A DNA stretch of 64,000 bases, from contig JAHIZV010000139.1 in assembly GCA_018814445.1 (NCBI GenBank), positions 4,342-68,341 on the forward strand. The letters run 5' to 3'. Below are positions 40,998 through 50,792 of this stretch, piece after piece. The translations under genes and the position numbers were made by a program. This stretch comes from Verrucomicrobiota bacterium (GTDB lineage Bacteria > Verrucomicrobiota > Kiritimatiellia > JAHIZV01). The notes under the pieces were generated by a model, which was not told the origin of the DNA, did not search any database, and was given only the letters and a program-made list of their open reading frames with translations. Every line of letters starts with the position of its first letter. Position 1 is the stretch's first letter.

Positions 40998-41059
40998 CCC
41001 GTAATCGTAATCATAATCCTACTCCTGATCTCTGCCTGTCGATTACGATTAGGATTACG
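40998..41059. repeat. Inverted CGTAATC/GATTACG heptamer arrays upstream of the DUF1805-like gene
   Basis: cgtaatcgtaatcataatcc...cgattacgattaggattacg. Confidence 0.8.
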
Positions 41060-41070
41060 AAAGGATAGGG

Positions 41071-41361
41071 ATGGTCATGGAACACACAGAAGTACAACTC
41101 AGCACCAGGAAGGCCGACGGTTATGTAATTCCTGCAGGCCCCTTCAACCTTGTTGCGGTTCTGACCGATGCGGGCATGATCGGATGCGGCGCTTTTGACG
41201 TGAAGGCGCTCGACGCCTTCAGCTATCCGGCAGTCAGGATCTCCGGCGTGGCCACGATCGACGACCTTCTGAACGGCATCGTGAAAGAAGCGAACACAAA
41301 CGCCCAGGCCCGCGGCATCAAGGAAGGCATGACCGGCCGGGAAGCGGCGGAGCTGCTTTAA
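41071..41361 (+). CDS. Small DUF1805-like protein
   Basis: 96 aa, GCGAFDV...ISGVATIDDLL pattern resembling the YunC/DUF1805 family. Confidence 0.45.
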   Translation: MVMEHTEVQLSTRKADGYVIPAGPFNLVAVLTDAGMIGCGAFDVKALDAFSYPAVRISGVATIDDLLNGIVKEANTNAQARGIKEGMTGREAAELL

Positions 41362-41423
41362 GTGAATGGGAGGTATCTCCCACTCTCCCATTCTCCCTTT
41401 CCCCCACTCTCCCCTTCCAGGCT

Positions 41424-44387
41424 TTAGGGCAGCTTCACTCCCGTCCGATAGAAGCTCTTCAGAGCGACATTGGTAATGGCGAACGTGACCGCTCCGCCGT
41501 TCGGCGCACCCGGAATATCGTATTTCATCGGAATCCACGCGCCACCACCCGTCACGCGATCACGTGACCACACGTCGTACACCCGGCTGTTGGTCGTCGG
41601 AGGCCCCGCCTGCAGGACGATGACTCCGAAGCCGTCCAGATTCGTGATCGAGTTGTCGAAGTACGATCCGCCGTTCGTCGGAATCGTATCGGCAATCCAT
41701 TCTTCCCCGTTGGAGGCAGGGTCGGCATCGCCGTTCGACTGCGCGTCGGCATTCGTGATGCCTCCGAAGTACTTCATCTCCCACCAGTCAGGAATGCCAT
41801 CACCATCCGTATCGCCAAGTCCCGGGGCGCCGAAGAAGGCGTCATCCACTTTCAGAGACTTATTACCCGGGGCCTCGTTTCTATGCCATTGAGCGAGCAC
41901 GACGGGCCGGACTTCAAACAGTTCAACATCGGTACAGGTACCCACCACCGAGTACTGCCGCCACACGTAATCCTTCGGTACGGTGATATTCGTCACACTG
42001 TCCGGTTGAACCTTGTTGAAGTTCCTGTCGAGCCACTCGATCCTCAATTCCGTGTTGGTGAGGTCGATCGCATCTTCGGCCTGCATCCAGACCGCAAACT
42101 GATAGGTTCCGGTCGATATGTTCAAGCCCTGGCTCAGGGCCCCGGTATACGTCAGGTTGTTCGTCAGATAGCCTTTGAATCCGCCACCCCAGGCGCCGGA
42201 TTTAGCCGCCCAGGACTCCTTGCTGACCCAATCGCTGACAACGGGATCCCAGTACCCCCCGTGAAACGCGTTTGTGCCTATTTCGAAGCTGGCGTTGGCC
42301 AGCTCGTGCACACCGGTAAATCCGCCGCTGTACAACTCGGCGTTGTCCAGAATCACGGCTTCGTGGAACGGATGCGTGCCGGCGTTCCAGCCCGCTGCGA
42401 CGACCGGACGAACAGTTAGAGCGTCGGCGTTCGTGTACGTGCTGTTCACGTAGACGCGATGCCATCGCTCGTCCGCCGGAATGCTTGCGGCAGACAGCGT
42501 GTCGACGTGCACGTTCTGCATGGCGGTGTTATACCACTCGAGCTTTATGTCCAGCGTGTTCACGGCCGCGCCCAGCATGCGCTTGACGAAGATCGAGAAA
42601 GTGTAGTTTGACTCCGTTGCCGAGACATCCTGATAGAGGCCTCCGCCCCCGGCGGTCCAGCTTGCAAAGTACGCGCCGCGCTCCCCTTCATAGGCAGCCC
42701 AGTCAGCCCTGGCGATGTTGCCATACGTGCCCCAGAATGCGTTCGCGAAATCGTTAGCGAGCGGAGTTTCGAAGTCCGCATTCTGCAGAGTTGCGTGTCT
42801 GACAGGATTGAGCGTTACGGAATAGTCGCGTCCTTCCGGCGCATCCGCAAACAGTTGCGCGAGGTTATTCGTCGTTGTGTCCGTGCCGGAAGCAACCAGA
42901 TATCGCCGGTCCGTTTCCTGCACTCCATTAGTCGAGCGGAGATATGGGGCGTAGTAGAGTGGAATCTGATTCGTGTAGAGAATATTGCTGTCGTCTCGCG
43001 GGAAGCCCTGAGTGTACGACCAGAGATCAAGCATCTTACTGCCTGCGGCGGGCATCCCATGGAATCCACCCGTACCCACAGTCACTGTACCCACGCGTGT
43101 CATCATCACGTACAGGTTCGTCCACGCGAGGGTGTCCGGCTTCTGCCAGGACATACGCAGGCTCACATCACTTCCCTCATCGCCGTACAGGGCCGCGTCC
43201 GGGTCCGCCAGCACGTAGAACATCATATTCGAACTCGCATAGTCCACCTGCAGGAAAGCCCCGACATTTGTTCCCGGCACCTGTTCAAGCGATGATTTCT
43301 TGCCGGCCGCGTTGTGATACGTCCAGTCCTCCTGAAGCGAACTGCCATCGTAGATTCCATGAAGGAACCTGGCGTCATCGACACGCGCCGCTTTGGAAGC
43401 TACCGGGTTCGTATTGCCGTCCCACTCATAGAGAATGACCGGACGGACCTCCCACAGAGCGGCGTTGTTACAGGTTCCCGTCACAGAGTACTCGCGCCAG
43501 ACGTTGTCGTTCGAAACGGTGATCGAGGAGATCGCGTCCGGACACACCTTGTTAGTGAGAGAGCTGTCATAAAACTCCAGGCGGAGTTCCGCATTGGTCA
43601 ACAGGAAGTTCTGCTCGCGTGAAGACCAGATAACAAAAGTGTACGTACCGGTTCCGGGATATACGGGCTGGGCGCCGTGCATTTCAAATCCTGAGCCTTC
43701 ATCCCATCCGAACAGGGCCACGCCCCATGCACCCGAGCGGTCACCCCAGTCACGGCGGCCAAAGCGCTGATCGAGCGTCGAAGAGCTCCACTTGCCCAAA
43801 TGCCAGTCATCCGGCAAGCCCTCTTCGAAACTGCCGCTCTCCAGGTACAGCGAACCGGGCGACTCGCCCTGCACGAGAACAGCGTCATCAAACATAAGAA
43901 CGTCCGACCCTCCGCCGAGAGGAGGGTTCCACGTTCCCGAAACAACCGCGCGAACATTCCCGAGTGAAGGACTCGTCGCCACGCCGGATACCTTCAGAAG
44001 ATGCCAGAGATCATCGCCCGGAACGGTTGCGTAGTTGACCATGGTGTCTGCCTGGACTTTCGAGGCAAGGCCCGCGTCCCAGAACTCGATTTTGACTTCA
44101 AGATTCGTGATATCGACGTTATGCCGTTTTTGAGACCAGATCGTGAACGAGTACAGGCCGGTCTGCGTCGCCGAAACGGCCTGATAAATCTCACCTGTCC
44201 CGGGATTCCAGCCATTGAACGCGACGCCGTTCGACACACTCCGCGCCGACCACCAACCCCAGGTGGCATCGTTGTTGACTGTCCACTGTGTGTTCGTTTC
44301 GAACCCTGGGTCATTCAATAGATTCGCCTGAGACATCGAGACTGAAAAGAGAAGCAGAATAACTGTCAGGACACTGAACTTTCGCAT
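41424..44387 (-). CDS. Large secreted protein with four tandem ~170-aa beta-sandwich (CBM-like) repeat modules and a distinct C-terminal domain
   Basis: Signal peptide; four internally homologous modules (...GWNPGTG..Y..VSAT.TGTYSFTIW...LTNTEL[RK]IE[FW][YWL]D...); AT-rich upstream region. Confidence 0.6.
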   Translation of the reverse strand: MRKFSVLTVILLLFSVSMSQANLLNDPGFETNTQWTVNNDATWGWWSARSVSNGVAFNGWNPGTGEIYQAVSATQTGLYSFTIWSQKRHNVDITNLEVKIEFWDAGLASKVQADTMVNYATVPGDDLWHLLKVSGVATSPSLGNVRAVVSGTWNPPLGGGSDVLMFDDAVLVQGESPGSLYLESGSFEEGLPDDWHLGKWSSSTLDQRFGRRDWGDRSGAWGVALFGWDEGSGFEMHGAQPVYPGTGTYTFVIWSSREQNFLLTNAELRLEFYDSSLTNKVCPDAISSITVSNDNVWREYSVTGTCNNAALWEVRPVILYEWDGNTNPVASKAARVDDARFLHGIYDGSSLQEDWTYHNAAGKKSSLEQVPGTNVGAFLQVDYASSNMMFYVLADPDAALYGDEGSDVSLRMSWQKPDTLAWTNLYVMMTRVGTVTVGTGGFHGMPAAGSKMLDLWSYTQGFPRDDSNILYTNQIPLYYAPYLRSTNGVQETDRRYLVASGTDTTTNNLAQLFADAPEGRDYSVTLNPVRHATLQNADFETPLANDFANAFWGTYGNIARADWAAYEGERGAYFASWTAGGGGLYQDVSATESNYTFSIFVKRMLGAAVNTLDIKLEWYNTAMQNVHVDTLSAASIPADERWHRVYVNSTYTNADALTVRPVVAAGWNAGTHPFHEAVILDNAELYSGGFTGVHELANASFEIGTNAFHGGYWDPVVSDWVSKESWAAKSGAWGGGFKGYLTNNLTYTGALSQGLNISTGTYQFAVWMQAEDAIDLTNTELRIEWLDRNFNKVQPDSVTNITVPKDYVWRQYSVVGTCTDVELFEVRPVVLAQWHRNEAPGNKSLKVDDAFFGAPGLGDTDGDGIPDWWEMKYFGGITNADAQSNGDADPASNGEEWIADTIPTNGGSYFDNSITNLDGFGVIVLQAGPPTTNSRVYDVWSRDRVTGGGAWIPMKYDIPGAPNGGAVTFAITNVALKSFYRTGVKLP

Positions 44388-44688
44388 TGCAGAGACTCCT
44401 TAATTTGCCGAGGCCGTGAATATCTAATCTACACCGTCACGACCAAGAGTTGAGAGCTAAAGAAAGTGAAAAGCTGATTTACCAATCCATCAACAAATGA
44501 ATGCGCTGCATTCACTCTTACTATATATGCATGTAAACGATTACATATAATGAAGGCATTGATGTCTGTCAATGCTTGCTTATCGTCTTGGCCCGCCGTC
44601 TTGCGCCATGGACGCGACCGAGGACCGATGAAGACCGACAAAACTACGGGTTTCCAATGACGCGCGCGAAGCGCGTGCTGACGGGACT

Positions 44689-45807
44689 CTACTTTTCCCG
44701 CTTCTCTATGCCGACTGTCAATGGTCTGCCGGGATCACCCGCCAGGTAGGTCGTCTGCGACGGGAAGGCGAAGTCTATGCCCTCTTCGCTGAAGCGACGC
44801 AGGATTTCCATGTTCACCTTTTCGTTGAATGCGCAGTAAGCCCAGTAGTCGGGTGGATGGAACCAGTAAAGCACCATAATGTTGAGCGAGCTGTCGTTGA
44901 ATTCGTTGAAGAACACGCGAGGCGGGAAGTCTTCTTTCATCCCCTCATGATCCTTGAGGATATCTTTGAGAATCTCCACTGCCCTGTCGACTTTTTCCGG
45001 AGGCGTGTCGTAGGTAATCATGATGTTCATCACACGCTTTATATAAGGACGCTTGCCGATGTTCTGGATGATCTTGTTTGCGAGGTCAGCATTCGGAACA
45101 GTGACGAGATGCCCGTCCAAAGTCCGAATTCGCGTCGATCGGAATCCCACCTCTTCGACCGGACCGTCAAAGCTGTCCACCACGATGCGGTCACCAAGCT
45201 CAAAAGGCTTGTCCGCAAAAATGACCAGCGACCCGAAAAAGTTCTTCAGCGTGTCCTGGGCCGCAAGCGCGATGGCTATGCCGCCGACACCGAGCCCGGC
45301 AATGATCGACGTGATCGGTTTATCGCTGAGTGCCTGCGCTATCTGGACAAGAACCAGAACTACAACGGTCACCTTCAAACTCTTGCGAACCATCGGCACA
45401 AGCATGTCATCCAGTTTACTTGCAGTCCGTGATGCGAGGCGGGTGAGCCAGACGTTGACGACATCAACAAGACAGTAGACGACGAAGCCGACGGCGGCGC
45501 AGACAACAATCTGCGTCACATCGTCGGCCAGACCCGCGACACCCTCACCGAGAACGAGTACCTTGACTCCCTGGCGTAGACCGATGCCGAAGCCGACGAG
45601 CAGTGATGAGCGGCCGATAGCGCGGCATGTACTGGCGACGATCGGCTTGCGTTCCGAATCCAGCCTCTTTGCCGCCGCGGACAGAAAGTACTTCACGGTC
45701 TGCCCGACAGCGAGACCGGCCAGGATGGACCCGAAGAGAGTCAGAATCCGCCACCACTCATTTGCACCGACTCCCGTTGTCTGCAATGTTGTCAAAAGAT
45801 TCGTCAT
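44689..45807 (-). CDS. Mechanosensitive ion channel (MscS family)
   Basis: TM3 pore helix and the FADKPFELGDRIVVD beta-domain motif. Confidence 0.8.
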   Translation of the reverse strand: MTNLLTTLQTTGVGANEWWRILTLFGSILAGLAVGQTVKYFLSAAAKRLDSERKPIVASTCRAIGRSSLLVGFGIGLRQGVKVLVLGEGVAGLADDVTQIVVCAAVGFVVYCLVDVVNVWLTRLASRTASKLDDMLVPMVRKSLKVTVVVLVLVQIAQALSDKPITSIIAGLGVGGIAIALAAQDTLKNFFGSLVIFADKPFELGDRIVVDSFDGPVEEVGFRSTRIRTLDGHLVTVPNADLANKIIQNIGKRPYIKRVMNIMITYDTPPEKVDRAVEILKDILKDHEGMKEDFPPRVFFNEFNDSSLNIMVLYWFHPPDYWAYCAFNEKVNMEILRRFSEEGIDFAFPSQTTYLAGDPGRPLTVGIEKREK

Positions 45808-45927
45808 GCGGAATACCTCAGTCTCGGAACTTCCTCACATCTACAGGAAAGCCGCGGAGCAACAAGCAGTTTTTTTCGCGAGCACACGCTTGCATGCGCG
45901 GAGTCGCGCCGATTATCATGATTACGT

Positions 45928-46707
45928 ATGGACATTGCCTCTCTTTGGGATCCTTTTGAATTGCCGCCGGGCCGATGCACTCACTGGCAGATCGGGCCTC
46001 TCGATCTCTGGATTCGCCGAACGGCGCTGGAATGGCATATCGCGTCCTCACGGGATCCACTGAAGGAAGAGCGCCTGAAGGTGGAGAATGATGCGAATCC
46101 CGGCGAAGATCTGAATTGGCGGCGCTGGACGGCCGGCAAGGACCAGACCCGGGTTCAGTTGACGGCAGTCATGCCCGACCGGCCGATCATCATCAGGCCC
46201 GACGGCGCCTTCACGGTCCTCCCCCACGAGGAAGTCCAATTCTTCGTGGGCATACCCGTCTGGATAAGTGTAAAGGCCGGTGACAACGAACTCCAGGAGA
46301 TGGCGACGTTGGTTCTCACCAATTCGTGGTTTGGCGACCCGACCGACGGGGAACTCTGTTACGGCCTGCTCACGACTGCCAAGCGCACTCCCGAAGATCT
46401 CCACAACCGGCCTTACCGGGCGGTGTGCCCGATCCGGATCAAGAACTCTTCAGACGAGAACCTCGATTTCCAACGTCTCTGCCTGCGCACGCAATTTCTG
46501 ACCGTGTTCCTCGGAAAGAACCACCTGTGGACCTCGGAGGGCCGGGTGACCTACCGCGGCGAAGCCAAATTCAGCCGGCTCATATACGGACGGAACGCAC
46601 CGGAATTCGATGACGCGGAAAGAAAAATTGGAGAGGCACGCAAATCGCCGGAACGCGGGCTCTGGGCAAAGTCGTTTGACGGATTGCGCTCTTACGTTGA
46701 TCTATAA
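45928..46707 (+). CDS. Hypothetical protein
   Basis: 259 aa, no recognised motif; consistent coding compositional bias. Confidence 0.4.
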   Translation: MDIASLWDPFELPPGRCTHWQIGPLDLWIRRTALEWHIASSRDPLKEERLKVENDANPGEDLNWRRWTAGKDQTRVQLTAVMPDRPIIIRPDGAFTVLPHEEVQFFVGIPVWISVKAGDNELQEMATLVLTNSWFGDPTDGELCYGLLTTAKRTPEDLHNRPYRAVCPIRIKNSSDENLDFQRLCLRTQFLTVFLGKNHLWTSEGRVTYRGEAKFSRLIYGRNAPEFDDAERKIGEARKSPERGLWAKSFDGLRSYVDL

Positions 46708-46717
46708 GTAGAAGACC

Positions 46718-47617
46718 ATGACAAATGTTGTTACAGAGGCACTGCAGACCATGCAACTGCACCACTACGCACCACTGATTCGGGCCGTCCTGCTGCTCGT
46801 CATCGGGTTGCCGATCTTCAAGGCACTTTCAACCATCATGGCCCGGTTTCTGAAGGGACACGTTTCGGATCAATCGGTGCTTCTTCTGTCCAAGTCCGTC
46901 CTTTACGGGGGATCGACTCTTCTTCTGATCATGTTCATGCGCGAACTCGGCTTCAAACTGACGACCCTTCTCGGCGCAGCGGGGATCGCGGGCGTGGCGA
47001 TCGGCTTCGCGTCACAGACCAGCCTCTCGAACCTGATCAGCGGCCTCTTTCTTATCTGGGAGAAACCTTTTCAGATCGGCGATGTGCTGAACGTCGGCGA
47101 CTCGGCCGGAGTTGTTCATTCGATTGATCTTCTGTCCGTGAATCTCCGTACCTTCGACAATCGCTTCATCAGGATTCCGAATGAGAACCTCATCAAGACT
47201 TCCTTCACCAACGTCACGCGCTTCCCTATTCGTCGAATGGACCTTGATATTGGTGTCGCCTATAAAGAGGACGTCGGCAGAGTAACGAAGATCCTGCAGG
47301 AACTTGCCGCGAACAACCCGTACTGTCTTGACGAGCCGGCTCCGCTGGTTCTCTTCAAGGGATTCGGCGATTCGGCACTGGAATTCCTGTTCGGCATCTG
47401 GTTCGTAAAGACCGACTTTGTACAGCTTCGCAACTCGATCATGAGGGAAATCAAGGAGCGCTTAGACGCAGAAGGCATAGAAATCCCATTCCCGCACAGG
47501 ACGCTTTACGCAGGCGCGGCCACCGCCCCCTTCCCCGTGCGCGTCGTGGAAGATCCCGCCGGACTGATTTCACGGACCTCACCCCCAGAAAAGGAGCAGC
47601 AGAACGATGTCTATTAA
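46718..47617 (+). CDS. Mechanosensitive ion channel (MscS family)
   Basis: WEKPFQIGDVLNVGDSAGVV MscS signature. Confidence 0.8.
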   Translation: MTNVVTEALQTMQLHHYAPLIRAVLLLVIGLPIFKALSTIMARFLKGHVSDQSVLLLSKSVLYGGSTLLLIMFMRELGFKLTTLLGAAGIAGVAIGFASQTSLSNLISGLFLIWEKPFQIGDVLNVGDSAGVVHSIDLLSVNLRTFDNRFIRIPNENLIKTSFTNVTRFPIRRMDLDIGVAYKEDVGRVTKILQELAANNPYCLDEPAPLVLFKGFGDSALEFLFGIWFVKTDFVQLRNSIMREIKERLDAEGIEIPFPHRTLYAGAATAPFPVRVVEDPAGLISRTSPPEKEQQNDVY

Positions 47618-49016
47618 GCTCAGTTTCCTCGGAGCCGCGCAAAACGTTACAGGATCATGCTACCTGCTTGAACAGGGCAACCGACGCATAGTCATCGACT
47701 GCGGGATGTTCCAGGAGCGCGACTTCCGAGGGCGCAACTGGGAGCCGTTCCCTGTGGCCCCGAACAGCATTGATACAGTGCTTCTTACTCACGCCCATCT
47801 CGACCACTGCGGTCTGCTTCCGAAACTTGTGAAGGAAGGATTCAAAGGAAAGATCCTCGGCACTCCGGCGTCTCTTGAGATCGCCCAGATCATCATGCTG
47901 GACTCAGGAAAGATCCAGCAGGAAGACGCCGCCTTTAAGAAGAAGCGGCACGAACGCGAGGACCGGAAAGGACCCCATCCTGTTGAGGCGCTTTACACAG
48001 TTGAAGATGCCGAAGCTGTTCCGCCTCTCTTTTCGCCGGTCGAATATGTTAAACCCATCGATCTCGGCGACGGGCTGTCCGCAAGTTTTCACGAGTCCGG
48101 TCATATACTCGGCGCCACATCCATCCGATTGGAGTTCGGTACAAACGGGACGCGGAAGTCGATTCTCTTCTCGGGCGATGTCGGACGCTGGGACTCCCCC
48201 ATCATCCGCGACCCGAACCCTGACACGGGGGCCGATTATGTCGTTACGGAGTCCACCTATGGAAACCGCGTTCACGCCCCCACCGCCGACATTCCTGAGA
48301 AACTGGCTGACATCATCAACTCAACCCGCGAGCGCGGCGGAAACGTCGTGGTGCCCAGCTTCGCCGTGGAACGGACGCAGGAACTACTCTTCCACATGAC
48401 CCTGTTGCGGCAGGCGAAGAAGATTCCGCACCTGATGGTCTTCGTCGACAGCCCCATGGCCATCCGCGTCACTGAAGTGTTCCGCAAACATCCCGAGCTG
48501 TTCGATGAAGAGGCGCGCGAACTGCTCAGGCAGGGGCGGCATCCGTGTGACTTCCCCGGACTGACCATGACGCGGTCGGCCAACGAGTCAAAGGCCATCA
48601 ACCAGATCAAGGGAACCGCCGTGATCATCGCGGGTTCGGGAATGTGCACGGGCGGACGCATCAAACATCACCTCGCCAACAACATCAGCCGCGAAGAAAG
48701 CACGATCATGTTTGTCGGCTACCAGGCGGTCGGCACACTGGGCAGAATCATTCTCGAGAAGCAGCACGAGGAGATACGTATTCACGGTCAGATGTATCCG
48801 CTGCGGGCACGCATAGAGAAGATCAACGGTTTCTCCGCTCACGGAGACAAGAACGAGCTTTTCCGCTGGATCAGTTCGCTCAACAAAGTTCCCCAGCGCG
48901 TCTTCGTGACACACGGGGAAGTGGAGGCGGCGGAAGACTACGCCCAGCTCCTGCGGGACAAGTTGAAATGCGAAGTCACTGTTCCTGAGTACAAGCAGGA
49001 TGTTGTTCTTGATTGA
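47607..49016 (+). CDS. MBL-fold beta-CASP ribonuclease (RNase J/CPSF-like RNA-metabolising metallo-beta-lactamase)
   Basis: LTHAHLDHCG motif 2, followed by beta-CASP and RMMBL-like C-terminus; 469 aa. Confidence 0.75.
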   Translation: MSIKLSFLGAAQNVTGSCYLLEQGNRRIVIDCGMFQERDFRGRNWEPFPVAPNSIDTVLLTHAHLDHCGLLPKLVKEGFKGKILGTPASLEIAQIIMLDSGKIQQEDAAFKKKRHEREDRKGPHPVEALYTVEDAEAVPPLFSPVEYVKPIDLGDGLSASFHESGHILGATSIRLEFGTNGTRKSILFSGDVGRWDSPIIRDPNPDTGADYVVTESTYGNRVHAPTADIPEKLADIINSTRERGGNVVVPSFAVERTQELLFHMTLLRQAKKIPHLMVFVDSPMAIRVTEVFRKHPELFDEEARELLRQGRHPCDFPGLTMTRSANESKAINQIKGTAVIIAGSGMCTGGRIKHHLANNISREESTIMFVGYQAVGTLGRIILEKQHEEIRIHGQMYPLRARIEKINGFSAHGDKNELFRWISSLNKVPQRVFVTHGEVEAAEDYAQLLRDKLKCEVTVPEYKQDVVLD

Positions 49017-49027
49017 ATGCGAATGGG

Positions 49028-49798
49028 CTACGAATCTGATACCGGCAGGAGGAAACGGAAGCAGGCTCCGCCAAAATCTGAGTCAATCACTTCGATCTTT
49101 CCCCCAAGTTCCCGTACGCACGCTTTGACTGATACGAGTCCCAGGCCATTGCCGTCTTCCTTTGTCGTGTAGAATGGTTTGAAGATTTCCTCCCGGTCTT
49201 CAGGATTCACGCCGGGGCCTGAATCGTGGACTTCCAGAATAACGCACTCATCTTTCCTGATCGCCCTCAATTCCACCTTCCCAATTCCTTCTATTGCCTG
49301 AACCCCGTTCAAGACAAGATTCACAAGCGCCCGGTACAGCAACGCCGGCTTCGCTTTCACTCGAAGCGGCCCGGTAATCCGTGTCGAAAAATCACAATGC
49401 CGCGCGGCTTCATGGCTGCGGATGAATGACATGATTTCACAGAAGACAACGCCAAGGTCGACATCCTCCCCTTCAGCGCACGCTGCTCCCCGCCCGTCGC
49501 GCATCAGCCGAATCGACATCTGTTTGATCTTGTCAACCGCAGAGGCCATCTCCTCAATCGCTCTGACATTCGCGCCCTCCAGATTCGCATCATTTCTGAT
49601 TTCAGCGATATTGAAATCCATGACACCAAGTATGTTGCGAATGTCGTGAGCCACACTGCAGGCGAGCAGACCGGCCATCGCCCGTTTCTCCGCAGAGATC
49701 AACGCTCTTTGCTGCCGCAGAATCACTTCTTCATTCCGGGCGATACGCTTCAGAAGAACGAGTGCGAATACGAACAAAGCAATGGCCGTCACAACCAC
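49028..49798 (-). CDS. Sensor histidine kinase (1 TM, HisKA + HATPase_c)
   Basis: H-box SVAHDIRN; N, G1 and G2 boxes. Confidence 0.8.
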   Translation of the reverse strand: MVVTAIALFVFALVLLKRIARNEEVILRQQRALISAEKRAMAGLLACSVAHDIRNILGVMDFNIAEIRNDANLEGANVRAIEEMASAVDKIKQMSIRLMRDGRGAACAEGEDVDLGVVFCEIMSFIRSHEAARHCDFSTRITGPLRVKAKPALLYRALVNLVLNGVQAIEGIGKVELRAIRKDECVILEVHDSGPGVNPEDREEIFKPFYTTKEDGNGLGLVSVKACVRELGGKIEVIDSDFGGACFRFLLPVSDS

Positions 49799-49893
49799 AA
49801 AGGCCAGTCCCTTGAACGTCTCAATGCCCTCAAGTTGTCTAACAGTCTCAGACAGATGTGCGGCCGCCTGCCGATGTTCTTATCGAAATTGCC

Positions 49894-50106
49894 TCAACCC
49901 TTTCTCCGCCTCACAATCAGGAGTGAAGTCAGCAAGCCCAGACCGAAACCGAGGAGTGCGGCAAGGAACAGCAGGAATGCGCGCGGCATGGTGACCGTGG
50001 CAAAGAGTATCTTCGTTTCAACGGCTGCCGTGTTCTGAAGAACAACGATCGTCAGAAAAAGAATCAGGACCAGAATGACTACCAGTTTGAATTTTGCGCT
50101 TCTCAT
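49894..50106 (-). CDS. Small membrane protein (LapA/DUF1049-like)
   Basis: 70 aa with two TM helices and an RRRKG tail. Confidence 0.45.
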   Translation of the reverse strand: MRSAKFKLVVILVLILFLTIVVLQNTAAVETKILFATVTMPRAFLLFLAALLGFGLGLLTSLLIVRRRKG

Positions 50107-50127
50107 AAAATGACCTCCGTTTTACTG

Positions 50128-50754
50128 CTACCAGTCTTTCTTCCACTGAACCGCCGCCGCCCCGTTCTCATCCTCGTTCCCCGACGCGTCGTAGATGAAC
50201 CAGAATTTTCTCCCGGGCAATCCAAGTTCAATGCGCTGCATGATGTACGATTCGTTTTCCGGGCTCCATAACCCTCCAACGCCCAGCGACAGCGAGCTCG
50301 TGACGGTACCGGACGCGCTTCGGAGCTGCTTGAGCTGATCCGTGTTGAGCTTCAGACGCATGGGAGTCTGTGCTTCCGGCTTTGGCCCGAAAGTCATGGT
50401 GCCGTCCGGTTGAGTAACCAGGAGCGGAACGCCGGACCGGGCAATACGCTGGGCTACGAAACGCTCAAGATTCGATGCCGTTCCCGATGAGTCCCCGCGA
50501 TACAGCACGTACAGGTCAGGCCGTTCCGCGCGAGAGATGTAGTTGGTGAACTGTTGCGGCGTCATGTTCGTACCATTGACGACAAGCCCCCCGCTTTCAG
50601 TCATGCGGATGTCAGCCTGGCTCACCACCCTTGAGCATTGCGATGTGTCACTCGCCGCGCGGGAGCCAGCGATCAGAGCCGGAAAAAGCAGTAGAAACAG
50701 TACTAATATACAGCGCATAACAGTTCTCTCGATGCCGACATAGAGCCCAGACAC
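50128..50754 (-). CDS. Hypothetical secreted protein
   Basis: Signal peptide, 208 aa, no recognised domain. Confidence 0.4.
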   Translation of the reverse strand: MSGLYVGIERTVMRCILVLFLLLFPALIAGSRAASDTSQCSRVVSQADIRMTESGGLVVNGTNMTPQQFTNYISRAERPDLYVLYRGDSSGTASNLERFVAQRIARSGVPLLVTQPDGTMTFGPKPEAQTPMRLKLNTDQLKQLRSASGTVTSSLSLGVGGLWSPENESYIMQRIELGLPGRKFWFIYDASGNEDENGAAAVQWKKDW

Positions 50755-50792
50755 CCCCCTCGCATCCGCGCCCCCTGACTACTGATCACTGA

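Noticed and set aside
44429-44641. 70-aa ORF in the AT-rich region upstream of the large secreted protein gene
   Set aside because: No coding signature or RBS; lies in a probable promoter/regulatory region.
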